64,000 bases of DNA from Somniosus microcephalus (lineage: Eukaryota): the NCBI GenBank assembly GCA_052327205.1, contig CM126222.1, forward strand, positions 51,026,001 to 51,090,000. Direction: 5' to 3'. Below, in pieces: positions 1-13,070 of this stretch; the stretch's first letter is position 1, and every line of letters begins with the position of its first letter. The translations under genes were made by a program, and so were the position numbers. Under the pieces are notes generated by a model that did not search any database, was not told the DNA's origin, and saw nothing but the letters and a program-made list of their open reading frames with translations.

Positions 1-236
1 GGTTGCTGAATCAGGCGAAAATTTTGGAACTACAAAAAAGGTGTTAGACAAACCATACAAGAAGGCAGATCAAATTTAATATGGAAGAATGCAAAAGTAT
101 TGCACTCGAAGAAAATAAATGGGTGACATAAGTATTCCATGAATGTTGTTGAAATAGTTACGGATGAAGTTGAAAGAGATTGAGGGGTTTTAGGAGGCTC
201 AATGCTCAACCTATCCTATCACTGAAGAGCAGCAAT

Positions 237-501
237 CAACAACTTGCATTCATATAGCAACTTTAACATCACGAGGCGCTTCACAGGAGCGTCATCAAAC
301 AAAATTGGACACCGAGCCACATAAGGAGATATTAGATTAGATGACCAAAAGCTTGGACAAAGATTGGTTTTAAGGAGTGTCTTCAGGGAGAAGAGAGGCG
401 GAGAGCTTTAGGATGGAAATTCCATCAGTTAGAGCCTTGGCAGCTGAAGGCACGGCCACCAACGGTGAAACGATTAAAATTGGGGTGCGCAAGAGGCCAG
501 A
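237..501 (-). mobile_element. L2-type LINE 3' fragment
   Basis: Tail AACAACTTGCATT...ACCAAAAGCTTGG...AGCTGAAGGCACGGCCACC, shared with copies at ~19620, ~33700 and ~54250. Confidence 0.75.
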
Positions 502-1202
502 TTCCTAATAAACAAATTAGGGATCATTATACATTTTAACAGCTTGCAGCAGTATTTTTACAGCAAAAAATCAATTTACACCATCAGTCATGCAAGACCA
601 AACTTCATTTACAATCTGCTTCACAGCCTCAAAAAATTGTCCAGTCTCCCTTCTACCAATTAGTTAAATAGTAGATTTACAACAAAAAAAAACACATCCT
701 CACTGTCCGAGTAGGATTCAGTCACAGGATACAATGACACGTTAATAGCAGAGGATTTGAGTAAAAGGGAACCTGAAACTCAGTTCTAATTACATTCATT
801 ACTCATGTACAACCACAAAATAATCAGTATGCACTTGACACCATGAAATTACAGTCCCACATGCACTTGCATTGTACAGAGTGGTGTCATCAGGATGCAT
901 TTCCAATCAAATCAAATCTACCACAAGCTCCACTCCAATCAATAAGCTTTACACATGCTTTAAACTTACACTATGGAGTGGAGGCTTTTAATTTCAGATA
1001 CCCTTTGAACAAATATATTTCTACAGATGGAAAGAAGATTTTAATTTGCAACAATTCAGGTTTATGAATATTAATTCAATATAAAGACTTTAAATGAAAT
1101 GCTCAGACAAGTGAAGGGGGCATTCAATCTTATACTATAGTTTGGCCAGATTGACTCAGATTTAAATTAAAACACAAAATATACATTCCAAAAATAATAG
1201 AT

Positions 1203-1562
1203 ATAGAATCATACAGCACAGAAAAAGGCCATTCAGCCCATCGTGCCTGTGTCGGCAATTTGAAAGAGCTATCCAATTAATCCCACGCTTCCCAATAACC
1301 CTGCAAATGTCTCCTTTTCAAGTATATATTCAATTCCCTTTTCAAAGTTACTACTGAATCTGCTTCCACCACTCTTTCAGACAGTGCATTCCAGATTGTA
1401 ATAACTCACTGGAGTAAAAATAAATTATCCTAATTTCCCCCCTGGATTTTTTGCCAATTTTCTTAAATCTGTCCCCTCTGGTTACCGACCCACCTGCCAG
1501 TGGCAACAGTTTCTCCGTATCTACTTTATCAAAACCCCTCATAATTTTGAGCACCTCGATTA
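1203..1562 (-). mobile_element. CR1 LINE 3' fragment
   Basis: ORF remnant LIEVLKIMRGFDKVD...TRG and CR1-type 3' UTR. Confidence 0.8.
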
Positions 1563-1769
1563 GATAGACATAGTTTTTGTTTATTCCTACATCCTCCACA
1601 GTAGGGAATTTTCTTTTGGAAAATGGGAGAGTTCATTATTTAAACATAATATAATTATTCATATTATATATGGCGGCTATCATTCTCAGACGACACTCAT
1701 TTTTTTTGCATGTCCCCATAAGCAAACCCTTGCCCCCTATGAACCTAAATGTAAATTTAAATACACAAT

Positions 1770-2540
1770 GGGCCGTATTTTGCGATTCCTACGGGTGCGT
1801 AGGGGCCGCGCAAGTTCCAGGTTTAGGCATGCGAAGCGCATGTGCTAAAACCCGGAACTTATGATCTGTCAAGAATCTTCGACAGATCCTCCGCATCCCC
1901 GGGAGGTGGGCCTCTGCGGGTGGAGAGTTGCGCTACATGCTCAACTTCCGCCTACTGAATGCCTGTGAAATTCTTACGCCTGGTAAAGGCAGGCGTAAAG
2001 TAAAGCCTGCTTTTACCAGCATAAGAGTTTAAGAAAAAGAAAATGTTATCACTCATTTATACATAAAAACCCTGTCCAATAAGGTAAGTGTATTTTTAGC
2101 CCTGTTAAAACATAATTTTTTCTTCAATAAATATTTTTAATGAAAATTTAATTTTATTAAATGGCATTTTAATTAATTTTAAATATGTAATTTAAAAAAA
2201 TTATTTCATGTGTTGGTGTATTTTTTAAGTGGTCCCTATTCATACTTATGGGAATTCTGGAAGTATGGAACTCCCATAAGTATGAATGGGAATTCCCTTT
2301 TATTGGTTGGGCTAGCCCACTTGATCCCAGGGATGTTTGCGAACCGCATGCGCCCCTGGGATATGTGGGCCTCTGCCCGCGGGTACCCGGAGAGGCCCAG
2401 GATTACCTCCTGGGCCACCAGGTAAATGCGTAATTTAATTTTTGATTTTTTTGATTTTTATTTATTTATTTATTTAATTTATTTTTAAACAGGTCGGGGG
2501 CATCCGCCCGTGGGAAGCCTCCAATCTCAAATTTTGGGCC
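1770..2540. mobile_element. Non-autonomous PIF/Harbinger-like DNA transposon
   Basis: Imperfect TIRs GGGCCGTATTTTGCGATT / AATCTCAAATTTTGGGCC, 3-bp TSD AAT, related to 43129-43833. Confidence 0.75.
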
Positions 2541-4273
2541 AATATCTAGTAATGTAGCTTTGCTCAGTGTTGAACAGAATACCCTCATTATTGTAATTTA
2601 TTCACTGGAAGTAACATGAACCCTCTCATGTCCTCCTAGTCTTCAAATAACAGAAGAATAATCACTATGTCAGCCTGTATGGCTTAGACTAAAATCTATG
2701 AATGAAACTTATTAAAAGAAAAATTTAACAGTAGCAAAAGATTAATCACCAGAAAATGCTACTGGATTACAACATTAAAACTTACAACACCTCAGTTCAT
2801 CAAATAAAAAGTACTTCACTAACTGCCTGGATAACATTGAACTCAGGTTGATGTCGGCAGCACAATATTTATGTGTGAAATTGAATCTACCCCACAGAAG
2901 CTTTGTGTACTCACCTCTATAAGGTATGTACTGTAGTACAGTAGGACATGCTCTGCAGTATAGTAGGACAGGATGAAATGCTAAACTGGCCAAAACTCAA
3001 TAAATACATTTCTCGGCCTGGGCATGGAACTGCCAATCAACCCCACATCCCCTTCCCGACCCCAAAATAACCACACTGAATCATCCAATGCCGTGAGATC
3101 AAGGTTACTTTAGGTTAGGTTTCAGAGACAGAGACATTCAAGATTGTCACCCAATAAACTGGCTGGGTGGGTCTGCAATAAGCTCGGTCTGTAAACAGGT
3201 TCTGAAACAATGACAACTTTCCAACCAGTGCGAGCGTCAATGACTAACATTGCTGGATGAGAGTTGCTTATTCTATCAATTTACCTTTCAGAGCCTCTTG
3301 CTTGTATAGTTTGAACCAGACAGCTTTCCCAGCAAGTGACTGACATCTGAATTTTTTTTTAATGTGATAGGACACGGAGTGCTCTATCAGACACATCGTA
3401 AATAAAATCCAGAATGGCTTAAAGGGGAAGTGGATATTTTGTTTTATAATACTCATTTATTTTGATATCGTCAAAAAAAAACACGCAGAAATTGGATATG
3501 TTCAAAGATTAAATAACCTAAAATTTGACATGAATCAATCCTGGGGGAGGGGTGGTTGGAGGGACAATTAAGTGAATTGAAAAAATGTGTGTGTGTAGGG
3601 CAACAAGAGAATTCTGCTAAAGGCAGGAGCAAAAAAATGGTGTGTAAATGTGAATCCAGAATGTGGTTCATTTGGTTGCTTCCCTCCTCCCCACTTCATT
3701 TCACGTGGAGAATGAACAAATAAAAAATTGTCAGTGCAGGGGCACAATGCGATTGCATTTCTTTTTATCACAGGCTCTTGGTTTCATGAATTCTCTTAAC
3801 ATCTGTTAGGAGCTTAATTATGGACTTGATCTCAGCAGTACTTGAGTGAGTTGTACTGAAATCATTTCAAGTACTTGTCTAATCGGGGTTTTAGTTACCA
3901 TGGAAACACGGCAGTATAGATGTGTTGTAAACCATCCACAAATACTAAGATGTTAATGGCTATATTTGTGCAGTGTTTCAGGACATCACACTACCATCCT
4001 CACTTTGCCCAATCACCTGCAATTCTGTTATTTCTATATAATTCAGGGTGCATTTTTACTCACAGTATAAAGGTACTATAGAGCACAGAAGCATGGCATA
4101 GGATTTATTACCCTAGAGCAATCCAGATCTGGGATTTTCTTCACTCACTGTAAAAACTCACACTTTTTCAACCTATTTTATAATTGTACCTATACATAAG
4201 CCTACTCAAAACTATATTGTACAGTTGTGATTTTTAGGGAGAGCTGTTGCATCTAAAACCATACAAAAATCTT

Positions 4274-4316
<43 letters not shown>

Positions 4317-5215
4317 AATCGCTACATATATATTTGCTGGTCATTTCCATGGAATATAAATGCATCACCAGATGATATCCTCGGTGTTTCAAACTCATGT
4401 GGTAGAGAGGGAATTCTTTTTATGCAAATAAATTTTAATTGCAAAGCAGTTGGCATCTTAACAGATAAAGGTGAAAATAGATTAGTGTCCAGCATCTGGT
4501 TCAGGTTTAGAAAACCATTACTAATTTAACAAGGTTTGTTCAAATATGAAAGACAAGTTTTGATTTTCTGTATCTCGGTTTAATTTTCAAAAGAACAAAA
4601 GCGCTTAATTTCACTGTACTGCAGCCTATGGGGACATGTATAGACTCTGTGGTGGTTTGGCAAAACATCATGTAAAAATATTCCATGTTACAACCTTGTT
4701 TTATTTTTGTACCCGAGGTGCATTTAAATGCTCTCTAATCAAGTGAAATCAGCTATATTGACTTGCTGCTATTCAATTTTAACTTTTCAAATAAAGCTGA
4801 TTCATTGCCAACAGTGCAAGTCACATGGTCTGATAGTATGCTTATTTCTGCTATTCGAATGCCAGAATGAGCACGCTTGGGTCAAATTCATTGAAGAAAT
4901 GACAGTAACAGGTGTGATGCATTCAACCCCTGAGCAACACCACACTATCGGATATTGTACATTAAGGTTACACTTCAGTTCTAGGGAGTGAGGGCCATGA
5001 TGCAAATACATAATAGCTATTAAAGACTTAAAATTGTAACAGCCCCACAATGAAATACTTTTATTAGTACAATATAACCCATACGCCACAAAACATTTTA
5101 ATAATTTGTGTTTAAAGCCACGAACAAATGCCACTCGCTCCGTCCAATGCCTTGTATTTATATAGTGTCTTTAACATAGAAAAATGTCACAAGTAGCTTC
5201 AGACGGTCAATTTAC

Positions 5216-5328
5216 CTGCTTGTTTTTATCCACCTTCAAACACTGGATCTCATTGCTGAGGACTTTTGACCGAGTTCTGCTCTCTCTCATGGCTGTTTGG
5301 CATTCTGAGTTGTGATCTATTGCATGCT
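5216..5328 (-). CDS. LRRC45: LRRC45 coding exon 6 (gene continues beyond the left edge)
   Basis: (E)HAIDHNSECQTAMRESRTRSKVLSNEIQCLKVDKNKQ|gtaaat, aligns to human [38 protein letters not shown]; 113 nt. Confidence 0.9.
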
Positions 5329-5488
5329 CTGTTAGTTTACAAACACACAATTGAGCAACAAGTTCATACAGAGCACATAAAATGTCATTCAACATTTCAG
5401 GAGAATAGGGCTTCAGCTAGATATTCACAAATAAAAAAGATATGGGAACTTCACATAACATTACAAATGCAATCCTTCGCAAGACATT

Positions 5489-5739
5489 GGGCAGAATTTT
5501 CAACTTCAACAAGGATGCAAGTCAGGCTGTAATGGATCATCCGCCTGTTATATACCCCACCCGATTTTCCTTCCCATTGGCTTCTATGCACATCCACGGC
5601 CGGGACCGAGTGCGCATGTGTGGAAGTACTCATTCCTTGTCAGTATGTACAGTGAAAAGACAGTCAGGAGGGGTGTATAATGGGCTAGCGATCTGCTACA
5701 ACCTGTTTTACACCCTCGCTGAAGTTGAAAGCTCCGCCC
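5489..5739. mobile_element. Palindromic Harbinger-like MITE
   Basis: TIRs GGGCAGAATTTTCAACTTC / GAAGTTGAAAGCTCCGCCC with further internal inverted segments; flanks ATT/ATC. Confidence 0.7.
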
Positions 5740-6203
5740 ATCGAGTCCTCATGTGCTTCAACTGATGGTGAAAGCCTCCCTCGCATCCAGTATTTAATTT
5801 ACAGGATTGCCTCCACTGTCAAGAATGCAATTTGAGGTCATTCTAAACAACACAATGTAGGTGGGGAGAGGCATCAAAAGCTTTAACAGGGGGCTCCTAG
5901 GTGGTCCAGGCTACTAAGTAATGCCAGTAGCAACTCATTGGGCACATGCACGATTTGTGCAAACTTAGTTGCTTTAAAATTGCATTTGTAACTTGCGAAC
6001 AAACGGGCACGTGCAAATCTTAGAGGTACAATTGCTCCACTGCTCCCCAATCGACTTGCAGTATAAATGAAGCAGATTGTGCAACAATGGAGCCAGTTTA
6101 TATTATCTGGTATCAAAGGATAGAGGAGAGTCCAAAATTGAAGGTCTTTTTCAATGCAGTTCCCAGAATCGATAGTGAAAAACTGTAATTTTTTCCAATC
6201 TGG

Positions 6204-6400
6204 GTTCACAGAAACCCCACAGTGCAGATAGAGGCCATTTCGGCCCATCGAGCCTGCACCGACACATATCCCACCCGATCCCCGTAACCCCTACACCAAC
6301 ACATATTCCACTCTATCCCCGTAACCCCATGTATTTAATCCCCCTAACACTAAGGGTCAATTTATCATAGCCAATCAACCTAACCCGCACATCTTTTGGA
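6204..6400 (-). mobile_element. V-SINE (HE1-like) 3' part
   Basis: Reverse complement of ~45080-45248. Confidence 0.75.
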
Positions 6401-6644
6401 GGCCAAAAGCACAGCAGACATAGGATACAAATATGGTCAACTACTGCAAAAGGCAGGAGGGGAAAGAAAAAAATGAACCGGGAGTGAGTGCCCTTTTGCA
6501 ATTGCGGCTAAAGCACAGCACTTAATGCAACATTGAAAAAGAAGCTTTAACCTATAGCCAGGTACAATTAAAGACAACACTCAATATGGTGAAGTTAACA
6601 GTGGCAGATTTGATTCTGGATTAATACTTTAAATGAAAGATGCT

Positions 6645-7470
6645 ACAGTTAGTAGCCCTCTCACCTTTAAATCAAAAGGTTATAGGTTCAAGCTCCACTC
6701 CAGAACTTTAGCACATAATCTAGGCTGATACTCCAGTGAAGTACTGAAGGGTGATGCATTGTCAGAGATGCTTTCTTTTGTCCGCCCTGTCTGCCAGTTC
6801 AAGTGGGTGTAGAAAGATGCAAAGGCTCTATTTGAAAAGGAGCAGAGTGTTCTCCTGGTGTCCTGACCAACATTACTCCCTGATTACCTCTCAAAATAGT
6901 TTAAACTTGTTATTTATCTCAGTGCTATTTACAAATGGCTGCCATGTTTGTCCACATAAGTTACTGCACTTCAAGTTTAAAAAAAATTAATTCTTGGGAT
7001 ATGGGCGTCATTTATTGTCCATCCCTAGTTGTCCTCGAGAAGGTGGTGGTGCGCCACCTTCTTGAACAAGTACAGGAAACTTTGTGCTATCCGGCACCCA
7101 CGGGACCGAGCTGCTGCCGTTGCCTCAAAACTTCCGTACTCTCCAGAGTTAATGTTGAGAGATACAGAAATTCTTATCTCCGTATTTGACAACAAACACT
7201 GTTGCTTAGCAACAGCTTCTAAACACTCGGGTGTGGCCCTAAAGCTCTGTAGCTGAAGCTGTTGCTATAGCTACAGACCTTGCACAGCTTGACTGTTCAA
7301 GCAAAGCAAAAAAAACAAAAGAATAATAAAAAACGGCTGCTGATTTTTGCCGCTGGCTCCAGATTGCCGGATAGCTCACCTCCGGATAGCACAAAGTTTC
7401 CTGTAATTTACTCTGTATGAAGTGTTTGGAGATATTTCTGAGAGATGTGATAAGATGTTATATAAATGCT
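6645..7470 (+). mobile_element. tRNA-derived DeuSINE (SacSINE1-like), interrupted by younger insertions
   Basis: B-box GGTTCAAGCTCC, body shared with 18110-18595 and 27352-27700, L2-like tail resumes after 7403. Confidence 0.65.
7073..7403. mobile_element. Tc1/mariner (Tigger-like) MITE, copy 1
   Basis: Perfect 22-bp TIR CAGGAAACTTTGTGCTATCCGG, TA TSD. Confidence 0.9.
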
Positions 7471-7954
7471 AATTATATTTTTCATAATTCTAAGCATCAG
7501 ATGAATGCAGGGACTCCGCCAGATATTCGGATTACACAACATTTTCATCAGTGCAAATCTATCATTTGGTTTAGACATAACTGAAAATACTTCTCCAAAA
7601 CTATGGAACAGAGTTCCAACAAAATTCTAGAATAATGCTCACTATTAGGCATCCAGAACCATAATTGTGAGCATCACCAAGATCCCCCCAAAAGGAGCCA
7701 AGACATGTTTGTGGACTTTGTTCAAAAGACACGAAGCACGCATATTTAGAAATGTAGTTTTAAACTGAAGCAGTTCAATTACAAATAAATTTAATAGTAT
7801 AAAATTGTTTCAGCAGAATCTGCGGTCCTAAAAATAGGTTTCTATTTTTAAATATGCATTTTGTGCTAGCACTAACTGTATGGAATATTTTTGGACTTGG
7901 TGAAAATTTAGCCCAACATTTTTGGAAGTTAAGTTGTTACTTTGCACAAATATG

Positions 7955-8535
7955 AATCAAAGAATACTGCAGCACAGGAGGCTATTCAGCCTGCGCCGGC
8001 TCTTTCGAAGAGCAATACAGTTAGTCCCATTCCCCCGCTCTTTCCCCAAATCCCTGCAACTTTTTCTCCTTCAAGTATTTATCCAATTTCCTTTTGAAGG
8101 CTACTACTGAATCTGTTTCCACCGTCTATCAGGCAGTGCATTCCAATTCCTAACCACTCATTGTGTAAAAAAAATGTTTCCTCATGTCGCCTCTGGTTCT
8201 TTTGCCAATCACCTTAAATCTGTGCCCTCTTGTTATCGACCCTTCAGCCATTGGAAACAGTTTCTCCTTATTTTATTCCTCTATTCTAAATCCTTCAGGA
8301 TTTTAAACACCTCTATCTAATCCAATGTTCCCTTCAAGCTGCACGGCCGTGCAGTGCTCTGCAGTTCCCGCGCAGCAGGCTCACCCGCTTTTAAATAGGA
8401 AAAACCGTGTATGCACGGTATTTTGAATGGGCCGCACAGCACCTTAAAGGGGCCGCGCACCCAAAAAAAATTGAAGGGAAGATTGATCAAATTTCCTCTT
8501 AGCCTTCTCTGCTCCAAGGAGAACAACCCCAGCCT
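7955..8535 (-). mobile_element. CR1 LINE 3' fragment with nested MITE
   Basis: LGLFSLEQRRLRG remnant and CR1 3' UTR. Confidence 0.75.
8323..8485. mobile_element. hAT-like MITE nested in CR1
   Basis: TIRs CAATGTTCCCTTCAA / TTGAAGGGAAGATTG, near 8-bp TSD ATCTAATC/ATCAAATT. Confidence 0.75.
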
Positions 8536-9153
8536 GAAGTCCCAGTCATATTCATTTTTTTTTAAAGCTACTTGAAGATCTGATGAGGAATTTAGTTTTA
8601 AAGTTAATCTTGAATCTACATAAAACTTTGCACTTGTACTTTTAAAAAAAAAAAGCCCCTTGGAGTTTAGGGACATCTCAAAAGATAGTTGGATGATAAA
8701 ATTAGTTTTCAGTTGAAATACAGAATGTGGTCTAACATGATGATGAAGCATGTCAAAGAAATCTAGGGGACAAGAAATCACTTGTCATGTTTGGTAAAAA
8801 TTCAAAAATTGTATTACATTACTAAAATACTTCTTATTGACACAAATGGGAGAAGAATGGTTCCAAGCATTGCTTCTAAAAAATATTGAAAGGAGCACAT
8901 CGTCCCCTGAACACAGAACGCTTAGGTTTAAAATGAAGCTTGACAGAATTTAAACAAACTAGTTGAAAGAAGAACGAACCATAACATAGCTCCATCCACT
9001 TCTTGCAAGTGAGGGAGAAATTAAAAAATAAATATCTAAAGCTCCTGCTGAATTTTAACGATCGGATTAAAGGATTAAATGAGAGCATGGCATCTCTATA
9101 TGCTTGGCATCCAGGGTGTGCCACTGCACAAAGCTAATGGCTTAATTTTTAAA

Positions 9154-9185
<32 letters not shown>

Positions 9186-9278
9186 GCTTGAATGGACAAT
9201 CATTTTCATTTTTCACTCGAGTAATTTGTCACTCTCCAGGACCCATTTACTTCAGGAATAAAAACCAATTTCACTTAC

Positions 9279-9407
9279 CTACAGCTTTCAAGATGTCACA
9301 GGGGATGTTGTTTCCAGCCAGTTCTAGACGCACCAGGGACTTGTTTTGTTGTAACGCACCGAGTAATGCTCGCCCACCTAACAAGCCAACATTATTCCAG
9401 CGAAGAT
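9279..9407 (-). CDS. LRRC45: LRRC45 coding exon 5
   Basis: (D)[42 protein letters not shown]|gtaagt; 129 nt. Confidence 0.95.
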
Positions 9408-9662
9408 CTGCACAAAAGAAAAAAAATATAGGAATGATTAGTAAATTGCAGAGGCTACAATGTGCAGTGAGAATGACATCACTGTGAGTGCCATCTGCAG
9501 CTTTTAACGTTGCTAAATGAATCCATTAATGCCCCCCCACTCTATACAAATTAATTAACCTAGGTTACATTTGTATCCAATTATGTGCTTCCAAAATTAA
9601 TCAGGCTCCAATCATGGCAAAATAGTAATGTTTTATTTTAAAGAAGTGGCATATTACTCAGA

Positions 9663-12600
9663 GGGACCAACGACATAGGTAGGAAGAGGGAGGAGGTCCT
9701 GCAGCAAGAATTTAGGGAGCTAGGTAGCAGATTAAAGAGTAGGACCTCAAAGGTGGTAATCTCTGGATTACTCCCAGTGCCACGTGCTAGTGAGTATAGG
9801 AATAGGAGGATAGAGCAGATGAATGCGTGACTAAAGAGTTGGTGCAGGAGGGAGGGCTTTAGTTTCCTGGATCACTGGGCCTGCTTCTGGGGAAGGTGGG
9901 ACTTGTACAAGTCGGACGGGTTGCACCTGAACCAGAGCGGGATAAATATCCTTGCGGGGAGGTTTGCTAGCACTGTTCGGGGGGGTTTAAACTAAAATGG
10001 CAGGGGGTTGGGAACCTGAGCAGGGAGACAGAGGAAAGGAAAACAGGGATAAAAGCAAAAGATAGGAAGGAGAAAAACAAAAGTGGCAGTCAGAGAAATC
10101 AACGGTTTAAATCAAACGTGGCCACAGTAAATAATAATTCTAACAGGTCTAAGAGCGTTAAAAAAACAAGCCTGAAGGCTTTGTGTCTTAATGTGTGGAG
10201 CATTTGTAATAAGGTGGATGAATTGGCTGCGCAAATAGAGGTAAATGAATATGATTTGGTTGGGATTACGGAAACGTGGCTCAAGGATGGCCAAGACTGG
10301 GAACTCAACATCCAGGGGTATTCGATATTCAGGAAAGATAGGCAAAAAGGAAAGGGAGGTGGGGTAGCATTACTGGTTAAAGAAGGGATTAATACAATTG
10401 TAATGAAGGATATTAGCTCTGATGATGTGGAATCTGTATGGGTAGAATTGAGAAATACTAAGGGGAAAAAAACATTAGTGGGAGTGGTATACAGACCTCC
10501 CAACAGTAAGGCGGAGGTTGGGGATGGCATTAAAAGGGAAATTAAAGAAGCGTGCAATAAGGGCACTGTAGTCATCATGGGTGACTTTAATCTACATATA
10601 GATTGGGCTAACCAAATTAGTAACAATACTGTGGAGGAGGAATTCCTGGAGTGTTTACGGGATGGTTTCCTGGACCAATATGTCGCGGAACCAACCAGAG
10701 ATCAGGCCATCTTAGACTGGGTATTATGTAACGAGAAAGGATTAATTAGCAATCTTGTTGTATGAGGCCCCTTGGGTGGGAGCGATCATAATATGATCGA
10801 ATTCTTCATTAAGATGGAGGATGAAGTAGTTGACTCAGAGACAAGGGTCCTCAATTTAAATAAAGAAAACTACGATGGTCTGAGGAGCGAGTTGGGTAGG
10901 ATTGGTTGGGGAATGGCACTCAAAGGGTTGACGGTGGATAGGCAATGGCAAACATTCAAAGACCAAATGGATGAGCTACAGAATTTGTTCATCCCAGTTT
11001 GGCATAAAAATAAAACAAAAAAGGTGACTCAACCGTGGTTAACAAGGGAAATTAGGGATAGCATAAGATCCAAGGAGAGGACATATAAATTGGCTAGAAA
11101 AAGCAATAATCCTGAGGATTGGGAGCAGCTTAGGAGTCAACAAAGGAGGACAAAGGGATTAATTAAGAAAGGGAAAATAGAATATGAGAGTAAGCTAGCA
11201 GGGAACATAAAAACTGACTGTAAAAGCTTTTATAGATATGTGAAGAGAAAAAGATTGGTGAAGTCAAGTGTAGGTCCCTTACAGTCAGAATCAGGGGAAT
11301 TTACAATGGGAAACAAGGAAATGGCAGACCAACTAAATACATACTTTGGTTCTGTCTTCACAAAGGAGGACACAAATAACCTCCCAGAGATGCCGGGGAA
11401 CATAGGGTCTGATGAAAGGGAGGAACTGAAAGAAATCAGTATTTGTAGGGAAATGGTGTTAGGAAAATTGATGGGACTGAAGGCCGATAAATCCCCAGGG
11501 CCTGATGGTCTACATCCCAGGGTACTTAAGGAAGTGGCCCTAGAGATAGTAGATGCATTGCTGGTCATCTTCCAGAACTTGATAGACTCTGGAACGGTAC
11601 CCATGGATTGGAGGGTAGCTAATGTTACCCCACTATTCAAAAAAAGGTGGTAGAGAAAAAGCGGGGAATTATAGACCGGTAAGCCTGACATCGGTAGTGG
11701 GGAAAATGCTAGAGTCTATTATAAAAGACGTAACAGCAGAGCACTTGGAAAGCAGTGACAGGATCGGACAAAGTCAAGATGGATTTACAAAAGATAAATC
11801 ATGCTTGACTAATCTACTGGAATTTTTTGAGGATGTAACTGGTAAAATAGATAAGGGAGAACCAGTGGATGTAGTGTATTTGGACTTTCAGAAGGCTTTC
11901 GATAAGGTCCCACATAAGAGATTAGTGTGCAAAATTAAGGCACATGGGATTGGGGGCAAGGTATTGACTTGGATGGAGAACTGGTTGGCGGACAGAAAGC
12001 AGAGTTGGAATAAACGGGTCATTTCCCAAGTGGCAGGCAGTGACTAGTGGGGTACCGCAAGGATCGGTCCTAGGACCCCAGCTGTTCACGATATATATTA
12101 ATGATCTGGACGAGGGAATTGGATGTAATATCTCCAAATTTGCAAACGACACAAAGCTGGGTGGGAGGGTAAGCTGTGAGGAGGATGTCGTGAAACTCCA
12201 GTACGATTTGGACAGGTTGGGTGATTGGGCAGAAACATGGCAAATGCACTATAATGTGGATAAATGTGAGGTTATCCACTTCGGTGGCAAAAACAGGAAG
12301 GCAGATTATTATTTGAATGGCAATAGATTGGGAGGAGGGGAAGTGCAGAGAGACCTGGTGTTATTGTGCACCAGTCGCTGAAGGTAAGCATGCAGGTGCA
12401 GCAGGCGGTTAAGGCGGCAAATGGTATGTTGGCCTTCGTAGCAAGAGGGTTCGAGTACAGGAACAAGGATATCTTGCTACAGTTGTACAGGGCCTTGGTG
12501 AGACCACACCTTGAGTATTGCGTGCAGTTTTGGTCGCCTTACCTGAGGAAGGACGTTCTTGCCGTGGAGGGAGTGCAGCGAAGATTCACCAGGCTGATAC

Positions 12601-13070
12601 CTGGGATGGCAGGAATGACGTATGAGGAGAGATTGTGTCGATTGGGCTTATACTCACTGGAGTTTAGAAGATTGAGAGGGGATCTCATCGAAACCTATAA
12701 AATTCTGTCAGGTCTGGACAGACTAGATGCAGGAAGGATGTTTCTGATGGCCGGGGAGTCCAGAACCAGGGGTCATAGTCTAAGGATAAGGGGTAAGCCA
12801 TTTAGGACTGAAATGAGGAGGAATTTCTTCACCCAGAGAGTGGTGAACCTGTGGAATTCTCTGCCACAGAGGGCGGTGGAGGCCAGTTCATTAAATATAT
12901 TCAAGAAAGAGTTGGATATATTTCTTGAGGCTAAAGGGATCAAGGGATATGGGGAGAAGGCAGGGACAGGGTACTGAATTTGGATGATCAGCCATGATCT
13001 CATTGAATGGCGGAGCAGGCTTGAGGGGCTGAATGGCCTACTCCTGCTCCTATCTTCTATGTTTCTATGT
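9663..13070 (+). mobile_element. CR1 LINE: 3' part of ORF1 (SGNH esterase-like) plus essentially complete but disrupted ORF2 (APE endonuclease + RT)
   Basis: GTNDIG...DGLHLN in ORF1. ITETW, MGDFN, SDH, LDFQKAFDKVPH, GVPQGSVLGP and KFAND split over ORFs 10118-12977 by stops and frameshifts. TTCTATGT repeat tail. Confidence 0.97.

Noticed and set aside
3285-3340. Minus-strand donor-like site as candidate LRRC45 exon 7
   Set aside because: No frame resembles the expected FLDLMETIDKQREEM, so the exon is probably outside the window.
4274-4315. (TTTA)n microsatellite, also ~2455-2485, and poly(T) at 9153-9180
   Set aside because: Ordinary simple repeats.
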